A stretch of DNA of 64,000 nt from Polyangiales bacterium (GTDB lineage: Bacteria; Myxococcota_A; Polyangia; Polyangiales; Ga0077539): the NCBI GenBank assembly GCA_044229975.1, contig JBGARZ010000013.1, positions 160,001 through 224,000 on the forward strand. The letters run 5' to 3'. The notes under the pieces were generated by a model. That model saw only the letters and a program-made list of their open reading frames with translations, was not told the origin of the DNA and searched no databases. Position numbers and translations under genes: made by a program. The stretch's first letter is position 1. Each line of letters opens with the position of its first letter. This document shows positions 1-9,192 of this stretch, one piece after another.

Positions 1-283
1 GCGCTTCGGCCACCCCGCGCTCGACCCGGTGCTCGTGCTGCGCTCTTCCGACCCGCGCCTGGGGCCAGCGTTTGCGCCCGTCGTCGGCGCCCTCATGGCC
101 TTCGGGTACGTCCACGTCGTCGGTGACCAGGGGAGCGTGCGCTTCACCTTCACCGCGCTCGGCGCGCCCACCGCGCTCTACTACGTCGAGACGGTCTTGC
201 AGGTGCTGCTCGGACTCGCCGACGTCCTCGAAGGCCGCCCGGCCGTGCCCGTCGCTCCGCCCGTTCCGCCTCCCGCGCGATGA
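1..283 (+). CDS. Partial hypothetical protein (5' end outside window)
   Basis: Frame is open from position 2 (RFGHPALDPVLVLRS...) to TGA 283, which overlaps the next ATG (ATGA). Confidence 0.65.
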   Translation, partial: RFGHPALDPVLVLRSSDPRLGPAFAPVVGALMAFGYVHVVGDQGSVRFTFTALGAPTALYYVETVLQVLLGLADVLEGRPAVPVAPPVPPPAR

Positions 284-1089
284 ACCCCTACGCGGTCGCC
301 CCCGAGCAGTGGCCGGTGCCCTGCAACCGCTGCGGCGCCTCGCTCCGCATGACGGGACAGCCGTCGCCCTACGGCGGCGCCGTGATGATGGCGTGCCCCT
401 TCTGTCAGGCCGTGGAGCACCTGCCGTACGAGGCGTCGGAGCGCGTTCGCATCGCCCACGAGCGCGTGTCGATGCTGCGGATGGCGATGACCGCGGCCGA
501 GGGTCCGGCCCGCGCGATGGACGCACTCATGCGCAGCCGGCCGTGGATCGGCGGAGTGATCGTCGGCGGCGTGATGGGGCTCAACATGATCTCGTCGCTG
601 GTGAACAACCGCGCGAGCCTGGAGCGCGCCGGGGCGTCGATGGCGGCCGACGATCGGTGGAAGCTGATGTTCCAGTCGTGGGCGATGGGCCTTGGGGGCA
701 TCGGGTTCGCGGTGGGCGGATACGTGGGGTGGTGGTTCGCGCTGAAGTCCTACCGGGCCGCGGTGGAGCCGACCACGTGGGCGCGGCCGCCGCTCTCTCC
801 GCAGGGCGCAGCGCGCTGTCGCTGCTGCGGGGCCGACCTCGTGATGCAGTGGGGCGCGACCGTCACCTGCGGCTACTGCCAGACGCAGAACCTCCTCAGC
901 CGCGCGCTCATCGACCGCCGCGACGCGCTGCTCCAGGAGGAGACGCTGATGCACCAGCAGCGGGCCGCGGGAGTGATCCAGCGCGGCAACGTCGCGCACC
1001 GCAACTTCAGCCGATGGTGGTGGGTCGGCGGCCTCGCGGGCGCCGGTGCGATGGTGGCGCTCGCGGCGGTGCTGGCCTCTGTGGGGTGA
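280..1089 (+). CDS. Membrane protein with two zinc ribbons
   Basis: CNRC...CPFC and CRCC...CGYC pairs flank hydrophobic helices; C-terminal TM helix; ATGA coupling. Confidence 0.8.
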   Translation: MNPYAVAPEQWPVPCNRCGASLRMTGQPSPYGGAVMMACPFCQAVEHLPYEASERVRIAHERVSMLRMAMTAAEGPARAMDALMRSRPWIGGVIVGGVMGLNMISSLVNNRASLERAGASMAADDRWKLMFQSWAMGLGGIGFAVGGYVGWWFALKSYRAAVEPTTWARPPLSPQGAARCRCCGADLVMQWGATVTCGYCQTQNLLSRALIDRRDALLQEETLMHQQRAAGVIQRGNVAHRNFSRWWWVGGLAGAGAMVALAAVLASVG

Positions 1090-1997
1090 AGGGTGACACG
1101 ATCGCTCGGGTGACATCCCGTGGGCATCGGTCGGTGGGCTCGTCGTGGTGCGTCGCGATCACCTTCGCGATGGGATGCGCGGCCGATCACTCCGACGCGC
1201 TACCGAAGGCATCCGTCGACGCCGGAATCACGCGCGAGGACGTCCCTCGTGATGTGCCGCGCGACGTGCGCTCCGACGCCGGCGTGGTGTCACCGATCGA
1301 CGTGCCGCCCGCACCGCGCGCCAACGTCAACGTGCTCATCACCGCCGACAACGCGTACGGCTTCGGCTACGGCACCTCGTCGACGATGATGAACTACCTC
1401 GGTGGCGTCGAGAACGTCAGCGCCGGGGAGATCTTCGACTGCCCCGTCGGGGTCGGCACCGAGGCGTACGTCGTGCCCGCGGCCGACGCCCCGAGCGGTG
1501 CGTTTCTGTACATCGTCACGTGGTCGGACATGGCCGTCACGCAGGGCGTGATCGCGCAGTTTCGACGCGCGGGAGACCCCACGACCATCTACACGGGCGA
1601 CCCCCGCTTCGAGGTGTGCGCGACGGGCGTTCCCTTCGACCTCGGCACCCGCGGGCCGTCGCTCGCGGTCATCAACGAACAGATCGCGCGCTGCAACGCT
1701 CGATCGGGCGACCCGGCCACCACCAGCGCCGGGTGGGTCAACGCAACGGGAACCGCCAACGGAGCGCTCGCGATCGGCGAGGACAACACCACCGACCGCG
1801 GCAGCCCGGCGCCCGGCAACGAGTTTCCCGTGGCGTGCGGCATCGACCCGAGCGCGCGATGGATGTGGTTCAACTGGAGCCCCGCGACGCTCGTGTGGCC
1901 CACGACGGGGAGCCCGTTTCTCTACCCGTCGGGGTCGAACAACCCGACGAAGCAGTTCCTGATCTTCCGCCTGGGAGCGGAGTACATCCCCGGGTGA
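1086..1997 (+). CDS. Secreted protein/lipoprotein with a beta-rich (lectin-like?) domain
   Basis: GTG 1086 overlaps upstream TGA; lipobox-like FAMGC; DAG/DVP linker; VNVLITADNAYGFGYG domain. Start uncertain. Confidence 0.7.
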   Translation: MKGDTIARVTSRGHRSVGSSWCVAITFAMGCAADHSDALPKASVDAGITREDVPRDVPRDVRSDAGVVSPIDVPPAPRANVNVLITADNAYGFGYGTSSTMMNYLGGVENVSAGEIFDCPVGVGTEAYVVPAADAPSGAFLYIVTWSDMAVTQGVIAQFRRAGDPTTIYTGDPRFEVCATGVPFDLGTRGPSLAVINEQIARCNARSGDPATTSAGWVNATGTANGALAIGEDNTTDRGSPAPGNEFPVACGIDPSARWMWFNWSPATLVWPTTGSPFLYPSGSNNPTKQFLIFRLGAEYIPG

Positions 1998-2004
1998 GGG
2001 GCAG

Positions 2005-2080
2005 CCCTATCAAGGTCGTTGCGCCCGGCTACCGTGGGTTTTCAACCCGCGGCGGCCACGGCGCAGCGACCTTGATAGGG
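2005..2080. repeat. REP-like palindromic element, copy 1 (possible bidirectional terminator)
   Basis: CCCTATCAAGGTCGTTGCGCC...GGGTT-TTC-AACCC...GGCGCAGCGACCTTGATAGGG long stem-loop between convergent genes; related copy at 23829-23897. Confidence 0.8.
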
Positions 2081-2095
2081 GGTGCGAGTAAAGCG

Positions 2096-2965
2096 TCACC
2101 GCGTGATGGGCGTACACCGCGCGCGCTCGGTGTCGGTCACGAAGGCCCAGCCCAGTCCCTCCGTGCGGCCGTGGATCTGCACACACGACAGCGTCGCGGC
2201 GCCGCGCCGGACCGTTCCCCGCACAAGCACCGTCACCCTCGACCCCGGAGGCACGGAGCTCGCGTTGGGCCCCGGCTGCGTCCGCTCCGTCACCCGCAAC
2301 GCCCCGCCCGCGTGGAGCGTCGTCTCGCACGGCGGCTGCGGTGCCGCGAGCGGCGACGTCTGCCAGCACGTGGACGGCGCGAAGACCCCATCGCGGTTGC
2401 GGACCAGCAGCGCCGAGACCGCCGCGCCACGCACGCCGTCGTCGCCGAGCCGGGACGTCGCGAGGACACCGCCATTGGGCTGCTGGACGAAGCGCCAGTC
2501 CTGCGGGTCATCACCCCGATTGAACTCCGAGCGAAACTCCCACACGCACCGCGCCCGAGCGCCGACCGCGAACTGAAACACCCCGACCGAACCCCAGGTG
2601 TACGAGCGCGTCCGGGGCCCGTCGTGGTCGACCTCGTGGCCGGACGCCATCACCACCAACGCTGGGCGACCATCGAGCGTGAACTGCGCCGCGACGTGGG
2701 TGTTGTCCTCGGCGGATTCGAGCCGGAGGTCTTCTTCCGCAGGGCCGTTCGCGGTCTGGCGAACGACGCGCGCGCCGTCGTTGTAGACGCGGTCGGGGCG
2801 ACCGTCGCCGTCGAGGTCGACGACCGAGTCCGCAGTGGGCTCCGCTGGAGCGGCGGACCCGGCGTCGACGCGCGGCTGGGCGCTCGCGATCGGCAACGTG
2901 CCCGTGACACCGAGCACGCAGAACGCGAGGCGTACCGCGTTGCGTGAGGGGAACAACCCCGTCAC
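2096..2965 (-). CDS. Secreted protein, VCBS-like motif and SH3-like C-terminus
   Basis: GTG 2965 overlaps upstream stop; signal peptide ending ASAQ; DLDGDGRPD motif; GWAF C-terminal motif. Confidence 0.65.
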   Translation of the reverse strand: MTGLFPSRNAVRLAFCVLGVTGTLPIASAQPRVDAGSAAPAEPTADSVVDLDGDGRPDRVYNDGARVVRQTANGPAEEDLRLESAEDNTHVAAQFTLDGRPALVVMASGHEVDHDGPRTRSYTWGSVGVFQFAVGARARCVWEFRSEFNRGDDPQDWRFVQQPNGGVLATSRLGDDGVRGAAVSALLVRNRDGVFAPSTCWQTSPLAAPQPPCETTLHAGGALRVTERTQPGPNASSVPPGSRVTVLVRGTVRRGAATLSCVQIHGRTEGLGWAFVTDTERARCTPITR

Positions 2966-3924
2966 CCGTTGAGCGCGCCGATGAACTCCTCGACGATGCT
3001 CTTGCCCTTCGCGAGCTCGCCCGGCGGCAGCGACACTGCGCCCACCACCGGATGGCCGCCGCCGCCATAGCGCTCGCACAGCTTGGCGATGTCGTGCTTG
3101 CGCGGGTGCTTCGACCACGGGTTGAACCCCACGGAGATCTTCACGCGCTTGGGCGTTCGCGACAGCACGACGGAGTACATCGCCGTCGGGAAGAGCTTGT
3201 AGCCGACGAACTTCGCGACGGTGTCGAGCGGCGCCTCGCTCAGGTCGAACCACGCCACCGAGCCGCGCTGCTCGCCCGATTGTTCCATGCGCTTGGAGAG
3301 CGCCTCGTGCCGCGTCTTGATGGGTTCGAGTCGGCGCAGCACGTCGGGGTGCGCCGCGAGGTCGGTGAGCGACGTCGCCCCGAGCTGCGGGATCATCCAC
3401 GCCAGCAGCGAGTCGTCGCCCTGCTCCTGCACCACGGCGGCGAGCTTCATCGCGGCCGGCTCGAAGGAGCTCGCCTGGTCGGCGTCGGTGAAGCGCGCGG
3501 CGTCGATGATGTCGCTCCAGTGCACCAGCTCGTCGAGGTCGGGCGCCGTCCAGCCCCAGCGCTCGCGGGTGATGTCGACGATGAACTTCGTGCACGACCC
3601 GTAGGTGCCGTCGTGAAACTTCCGGCCCGTGGTGCTCGACTGGAAGTGCAGCTCCGAGCCGGGCTCCTGGAAGGCGCTGACGTGGTGGTCGAAGTACCAG
3701 TCGAGGTACGGCGACTGGGTGTAGCGGTAGTCGAGGATGGCGTTGATGGCGCCGACCATGAGCTTGTCGCCCGGCGGTGGCGCGTTGGGCTCGTACAGCA
3801 GCCCCCGGAAATGAAACTTCGCCTCCGCCAGCGACGGCTGCGTCTCGCGGAGAAACCGCGAGAAGATCGCCGCGCTCGCGGCCCCGTCGAAGCAGTATCC
3901 GTGGTGGGCGACAAGCACGTCCAT
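2962..3924 (-). CDS. DHH-family phosphoesterase (NrnA-like, DHHA1 domain)
   Basis: HHGYCFDG, YFDHH and GGGGH motifs. Confidence 0.85.
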   Translation of the reverse strand: MDVLVAHHGYCFDGAASAAIFSRFLRETQPSLAEAKFHFRGLLYEPNAPPPGDKLMVGAINAILDYRYTQSPYLDWYFDHHVSAFQEPGSELHFQSSTTGRKFHDGTYGSCTKFIVDITRERWGWTAPDLDELVHWSDIIDAARFTDADQASSFEPAAMKLAAVVQEQGDDSLLAWMIPQLGATSLTDLAAHPDVLRRLEPIKTRHEALSKRMEQSGEQRGSVAWFDLSEAPLDTVAKFVGYKLFPTAMYSVVLSRTPKRVKISVGFNPWSKHPRKHDIAKLCERYGGGGHPVVGAVSLPPGELAKGKSIVEEFIGALNG

Positions 3925-4013
3925 GGGGGTGTTGGCGCGGAAGATCGCATCGGCCGTGCCCCCGCAGCAAGCGTTGACCGTCGGTGCCGCCGGGGAGTAA
4001 CCCCATCGGCGCA

Positions 4014-4970
4014 ATGCGAACCCGAACCCTTGGCCGCAGCGGCGTTTCGGTGGGCGAGGTGGGCCTCGGCACCTGGGGCATCTCGGGCGAGGGCTACGGC
4101 ACCTGCTTCGAGCTCACGGCCCGCGCCACGCTGCGCGCGGCCGTCGACGCGGGCGGGTCGTTTATCGAGGTGGCCGACAGCTACCGCGAGGGCGAGGTGC
4201 TCGAATGGGTGGGCGCCCTCAAGCGCGACGTCGGCGCCGACAAGGTGTTTGCGTCGGTTCGCGTCGGCGTCGACCGCGACCCCAAGCACCCGGTACCCCG
4301 CAAGGACTTCTCCGCCGAGTACCTCACCGCCGCCTGCGAGCGCGCCATCAAGAAGCTCGGCACCGACGGCCTCGACGCCCTCGTGCTGCATAACCCCTCG
4401 GTCACCACCCTCGCGCGCGGCGACGCGTGGCGCGCGCTCCTGGCCCTGCAAGACGCCGGCAAGGCCCGGCTTATCGGCGTGAGCGTCGGCTCCGAGGACG
4501 CCGGTCGCGCCGCCCTCGCGCTCTCGCCCGACCTCATCGTGCTGCCGTACAACCTCTATGTTCCGACGATGCTGCACCGCCTGTCCGGCGAGATCAGCGC
4601 GGTGGGCGCCGCCGTGGTCGCGCGCTCGCCCCTCGCCTACGGGCTGCTCGCTGATGGCTGGTCGTCGGCGCGGCGCTTCTCCGACGACGACCACCGGCTC
4701 TACCGCTGGACGCCGCAAGACCTCACCCGCCGCATGAAGCAGCGTGACGCTTTGCGCGAGGCGCTGGTGCGCGACCCCATCCCCTCGCTGCGCGATGCGG
4801 CGCTGCGCTACGTGCTCGCCAACGGACTCGTGAGCGTCGTCGCCGCGGGCGCGCGAACGCCCGACCAGGCGGGCGAAAACGTCAGATCGGTGGAGCGCCA
4901 GCCGTACCTCTCCGACGCCACGCTCGCCGACATCGGCAACGTGCTCAGCAACGCAGGCATCGCGCACTGA
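4014..4970 (+). CDS. Aldo/keto reductase
   Basis: RTLGRSGVSVGEVGLGTWG, LHNP, IGVSV and RSPLAYGLL motifs. Confidence 0.9.
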   Translation: MRTRTLGRSGVSVGEVGLGTWGISGEGYGTCFELTARATLRAAVDAGGSFIEVADSYREGEVLEWVGALKRDVGADKVFASVRVGVDRDPKHPVPRKDFSAEYLTAACERAIKKLGTDGLDALVLHNPSVTTLARGDAWRALLALQDAGKARLIGVSVGSEDAGRAALALSPDLIVLPYNLYVPTMLHRLSGEISAVGAAVVARSPLAYGLLADGWSSARRFSDDDHRLYRWTPQDLTRRMKQRDALREALVRDPIPSLRDAALRYVLANGLVSVVAAGARTPDQAGENVRSVERQPYLSDATLADIGNVLSNAGIAH

Positions 4971-5184
4971 GGGGATAGGGCGTCCAACGCGGCGCCCTCG
5001 CGGGCACGGATCCGCTCGGGTTGACCGATCGCCCAGACCGCGAAGTACCCCCTTTGTGACGTGCAGTGAGAGCTCTACGCGCGCTCGCTGGAGAGCTCGC
5101 TGGTCCACTGCCCTGAAGGCGCCGACCCCGACCCCGACCCCGACCTCGACGAGTCGCGCCGAAGGCGTTGTTGCGCAGGGCGTC

Positions 5185-5236
5185 TGCGCAAGCGCACCGC
5201 GCAACAACACTGCGCAAGCGCATTGCGCAACCACAC
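5185..5236. repeat. 26-bp tandem repeat (x2) rich in TGCGCA palindromes
   Basis: TGCGCAAGCGCACCGCGCAACAACAC followed by TGCGCAAGCGCATTGCGCAACCACAC in intergenic DNA. Confidence 0.7.
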
Positions 5237-5394
5237 CAGAGAGGCGTTCGGGCAGCGACGACCGCTCTACGGACTCTGCTGCGCAGGATGCCCGTCGCGT
5301 CCCACTGCGCGAACGACGGTCCATCGCGTGGCCTTGCGTTTGCTCAGGGCAGCGTCGTCGCCCGCCGTTCGCCCTTCAGGAAGGAGGCTCAGCC

Positions 5395-6402
5395 TTGATC
5401 TCGCTCAGCACCGCGAAGCACCTCGTTCAGTCGCCCCGTTGGGACCTCGACCACGTCCGGCACCTCGCCCTCCAGAACCCCACCTACGCTGCGTCCTTCG
5501 TGCTCAGCCTCGGCCGCTCGTGCCGCGACTACGCCGTCGCGCGCGATCCCACCGCAGCGACGGTGCTCGACTTCATCCTCAACACGAGCCTGGTGATGCT
5601 GGCGCGGGCGCTCGGCGACGGGGCCTATGAGCTCCGCTACCAGAACTCGCGCATGAAGAAGCTCGACGACGCGCGGCGCTTCGTGTCGTTGCGGGTTGAA
5701 TTCACCGCGCGGGAGGTCCGGACCTTCGAGCTCAATGGGGAGGCCCTCGACGACCCCGGGGACATGGTGAGCGTCCTGGTGGTGTTCCTCTCATGCGGCA
5801 TCCACACCAAGTCGCATGTGATGGGCGAGCGCAGCGTGCAGGAGATCCGCCGCAAGCGCATCAAGGCACTCCGGCGCTCCACCTGGTCGACCCTCTCGAC
5901 GGATCACGCAGTGCTCAACAGCCCCTTCAGCCCGATCCGCAGCCGCTTCTACGGCTTCCACATGGACGTCGACTCACTCATCGCCGAGTCGAAGAACCGC
6001 GACACCGTCGAACACCATGTGCTGCGCGGCGCGCCGCCGCCATCGCAGTTCCTGAGTTTCCTCGTGCGCGGCCGCGCCGTGCTTGCCCGCCACCTCGCCG
6101 CGCACGACCTCGACGTGAACCCCGAGTGCCTCTTCAACGCCATGCTGGTACACCCCGTCGACCACTACCTGGCCTTCCGCACGCTCGCCGACGTGCGCTT
6201 CTCCATCAGCGACCGGAAGACGCCCTCGAAGGTCTTCGGTGCCTTCATGTTCCGGCACCTGTTCCTGCGCGGCGTGCTCAATCCCATCGCCCCGAACCTC
6301 CTCTCGACCATCGACGAACCCTTCTACCGAGACCTCTATCGCGACCTCGTCGCACTCGACCCTGAGCTCGCGGCTCACGCCACCGCCTGCGTGATGTACT
6401 GA
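5395..6402 (+). CDS. Hypothetical protein with two HxxxH motifs (putative metalloenzyme)
   Basis: GGAGG 7 nt before TTG 5395; coding-like codon usage from here; HTKSH and HPVDH motifs. Confidence 0.75.
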   Translation: MISLSTAKHLVQSPRWDLDHVRHLALQNPTYAASFVLSLGRSCRDYAVARDPTAATVLDFILNTSLVMLARALGDGAYELRYQNSRMKKLDDARRFVSLRVEFTAREVRTFELNGEALDDPGDMVSVLVVFLSCGIHTKSHVMGERSVQEIRRKRIKALRRSTWSTLSTDHAVLNSPFSPIRSRFYGFHMDVDSLIAESKNRDTVEHHVLRGAPPPSQFLSFLVRGRAVLARHLAAHDLDVNPECLFNAMLVHPVDHYLAFRTLADVRFSISDRKTPSKVFGAFMFRHLFLRGVLNPIAPNLLSTIDEPFYRDLYRDLVALDPELAAHATACVMY

Positions 6403-6898
6403 CGCTCCTGCCACGCGGTTCGGGGCTCCGTGTCACCCGAGAAGCAACCGACGGGCACCGGGCGCGAGCTGTGAGCAGGGCTTTGGCGAATGAGCACGAC
6501 GACGCCGTTGCGATCGAACACACGGCCCCGCCGCTCTGTCCCATGCTCGATGGTCGCCCGTTCTACGGCGTGACGCCCGACGCCCAACCTGTCGCCGCCA
6601 CTCGCGTTGGCCGAAACGGCCCTTTGGGCGCGCCACCTCTGGGAGGCGTGGTGGGTGCTTCCGATCGTGACGACCGTGGTCGCGCCGTCCACGCGTGCGA
6701 CCACCTACTGCGCGCTCGACGTCCTGCTCCCGCTCCTGCTCCACGCGTGCGGACCTCACGCCCACCTGCGCCAGACCCTGCGCGACGCACGGCCCTTCGC
6801 CGACGCCCTCATGGCCGTCTGGGCGCGCGACGCGTCGCGTCGGCGCCACCGAGGTCCCGTTCACCACCAACAGCGCGGCGCGAGTACCATCCCCACCC

Positions 6899-8002
6899 GT
6901 GCGCCCCCTTCACCTCGCCGCCCTCCTCGCCCTCGGCTGCGTCTCCCCCGCCGCCGCGCAGCCCCGCGCGCCGTCCGCCGCGCCGCCTGCCTTCGTGCTC
7001 CTCCGCGGCCGCCCTGACGCCGCGTCCACCTCCGTCGTCCTCCACGGCGCCACCCTCGTCCCGCTCGGAACCTTCCCCCACCTCCCCTCCTCCGCCCGCC
7101 ACGCCGCGCTCCTCCCCGGCGCTCACCCCGTCGTGCTCGCAGTCGCCGCCGATCGCGAGTCACCCCGCGGCGGCAGCTACCACTCCGCCCTCTTCCGCAT
7201 CGACCCCACCACCGCGACGACCACGCGCCTCCTCGGCGACCTCGTCGACAACTCACGCCCGCTCGTCACCGCCCGCGGCACCGTCGTCGTCCAGCGCGGA
7301 ACCGACGGCCCCGACCCCGTCCCCGCCAACCGTCAGCTCGTCGAGCGCACCGACGCCTTTCGCCTCGACGTCATCGACCCGCTCACGGGAGCCGCTCGCA
7401 CCGTGTGGTCGGGCCGCGGCCAGCTCGCCTACCTCGCGACCGCCCTGCGCGGCGACGAGGTGCTCGTCTACCACCTCCACGACGGCGGCTCTGCACTCCT
7501 GCGCCTCGACGTCGCCACCGGCCGCGCGACCGAGCTGCACGCCAACGTCCCCCTCGCGCGTGACTTCTCCTACGACCCCGATCGCGACGAGGTCGTCTTC
7601 GCACGCGCCATCGCGCCCACCGTCTACGAGGTCGCCTCGCTCGCCGCCCACGCTCCTTCGCCCGTCGCCGTCACCCCACGATGGCGCGCGTCGAGCGACC
7701 ACCTCATGCCCCGCGTCCTCCGCGACGGAACCATCGGTCTCTCCCTCCCCGACGACCACGGCCTCGCGTGGCTCTCGCGCGGCGCCGACGTTCAGTCACA
7801 GCCCGCCACCTTCTCCCCGCGCGGTGACGGCAGCGACGCCCTCCTCGCCGAGAGCCCCGACGGCCGCTGGATCGCGCTTCGCCACACCACCGACCGCGAC
7901 GAGTCCGTCGTCGTGAGTCCGCGCCGTGGTGGGCAGCCCGTGGTCATCACCTCGCCCGACGAGGTCATCGAGTTCGTCGGCTTCACCGGGAGCGCGCGAT
8001 GA
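6899..8002 (+). CDS. Lipoprotein, probable beta-propeller
   Basis: GTG start; lipobox LALGC; repeated RIDP/RLDVATG/SPDGRW blade motifs. Confidence 0.75.
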   Translation: MRPLHLAALLALGCVSPAAAQPRAPSAAPPAFVLLRGRPDAASTSVVLHGATLVPLGTFPHLPSSARHAALLPGAHPVVLAVAADRESPRGGSYHSALFRIDPTTATTTRLLGDLVDNSRPLVTARGTVVVQRGTDGPDPVPANRQLVERTDAFRLDVIDPLTGAARTVWSGRGQLAYLATALRGDEVLVYHLHDGGSALLRLDVATGRATELHANVPLARDFSYDPDRDEVVFARAIAPTVYEVASLAAHAPSPVAVTPRWRASSDHLMPRVLRDGTIGLSLPDDHGLAWLSRGADVQSQPATFSPRGDGSDALLAESPDGRWIALRHTTDRDESVVVSPRRGGQPVVITSPDEVIEFVGFTGSAR

Positions 8003-9192
8003 GGGCCATCGCCATCGCGCTCGCCATCGCGCTCGCGAGTACTGAGGCAGCGGCGCAGTGCTCGGGCGGCGCCGCGTGTCCGCCGTGCACGATGTGCCGC
8101 GTGGCGCCCACGAGCGGGAGCAACCCCTCGGTGACGGAGATGTCGTCGCTCTTCGACCGCATCGCCGCCGGACCCATGAGCTACGGCTCGCTCGGGTGGG
8201 ACTTCGGCGGCCGCAACACCGTCGGATCAGGCGGCGGCTGGTGCGCTGGCACCGGTCGTCGCGACACCGTCGCAGTGACCTTTCCGTGCGTGCTGCTCAA
8301 GGCGATCTACCTGACCGAGTCGTCGTGGCGGCAGTTCTGCACCACCAACCAGACGGTGATCAGCTTCGACTGCGGCTACGGCATCGCGCAGGTGACCAGC
8401 GGCATGCGCCGCGGCGAGACCAGCGCCTACGACGCCAACCGCGTCGCCTCGTCGGCCGCGTACAACGTGAGCGTCGGCGCGGCCATCCTCGCGGACAAGT
8501 GGCGCGCGTCACCGTGCGTCGGCGACAACGACCCGCAGGTCGTCGAGGACTGGTACTTCGCGACCTGGGGCTACAACGGCTTCGTCGTTCGCAACAACCC
8601 CAACAACCCGATGTTCGCGGCCGACCGCCGGGAGTTTCGTACGCCCGGACTCGCCAGCGCCCAGGTGCGCGCCAACTACCCTTACCAGGAGCTCGTCTGG
8701 GGCTACGCGCACTACCCCCTCACCGCCGCCCACTACACCGGCGTCGCGCTCGCGTACCCCACGCGCGGTGAGATCTGCGCGAGCTGCGGCCGACCCACCG
8801 CCGACATCTCCCGCCCCGCCGGCTCCCACCGCGGAACCTGCCCCGGCCCCGTCGCTCCCATGGACGCGGGCTTCCCCGTCGATGTTCCGGTGGTGACCGA
8901 CCGCGGCGCGCCCGATGTCCCCGATGTGCCCGACGTGCAGGTGGCGAGAGACGTCGGCGTCGACCGCCCGACCGACGTCGTGCGCTTGGACGTCGCACGC
9001 GACGCGGGCGCGGAAGACGTCATCGATGCCGGACTGGTGGAGATGCGCGACGAGGCGGGCTGCGGTTGTGGCGTAGCGGGTGCGGGTGGTCAGCGGGGCG
9101 TCGGTGCGCTCGCGCTGCTCGTCATGGCGTCATCATGGCGGCGAGCGCGACGCCCTGCGTCTCGTAGCGCTGCACGCAGATCGCGCGGGTGA
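7999..9192 (+). CDS. Secreted lytic transglycosylase (SLT/lysozyme-like) domain protein with MYXO-CTERM-like tail
   Basis: Signal peptide; LLKAIYLTESSW, GYGIAQV and WGYNG motifs; C-terminal GCGC + hydrophobic + RRARR. Confidence 0.75.
   Translation: MRAIAIALAIALASTEAAAQCSGGAACPPCTMCRVAPTSGSNPSVTEMSSLFDRIAAGPMSYGSLGWDFGGRNTVGSGGGWCAGTGRRDTVAVTFPCVLLKAIYLTESSWRQFCTTNQTVISFDCGYGIAQVTSGMRRGETSAYDANRVASSAAYNVSVGAAILADKWRASPCVGDNDPQVVEDWYFATWGYNGFVVRNNPNNPMFAADRREFRTPGLASAQVRANYPYQELVWGYAHYPLTAAHYTGVALAYPTRGEICASCGRPTADISRPAGSHRGTCPGPVAPMDAGFPVDVPVVTDRGAPDVPDVPDVQVARDVGVDRPTDVVRLDVARDAGAEDVIDAGLVEMRDEAGCGCGVAGAGGQRGVGALALLVMASSWRRARRPASRSAARRSRG

Noticed and set aside
6471..6898. Short protein-like segments in two frames (LDGRPFYGVTP; ETALWARHLWEAWWVLP)
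   Set aside because: Possibly a decayed gene, but there is no clear start, stop or recognisable family.
9122..9192. 71-bp convergent overlap of two CDS ends (also 20626-20675 and 59986-60008)
   Set aside because: Common in stop-poor high-GC genomes; no evidence of function.
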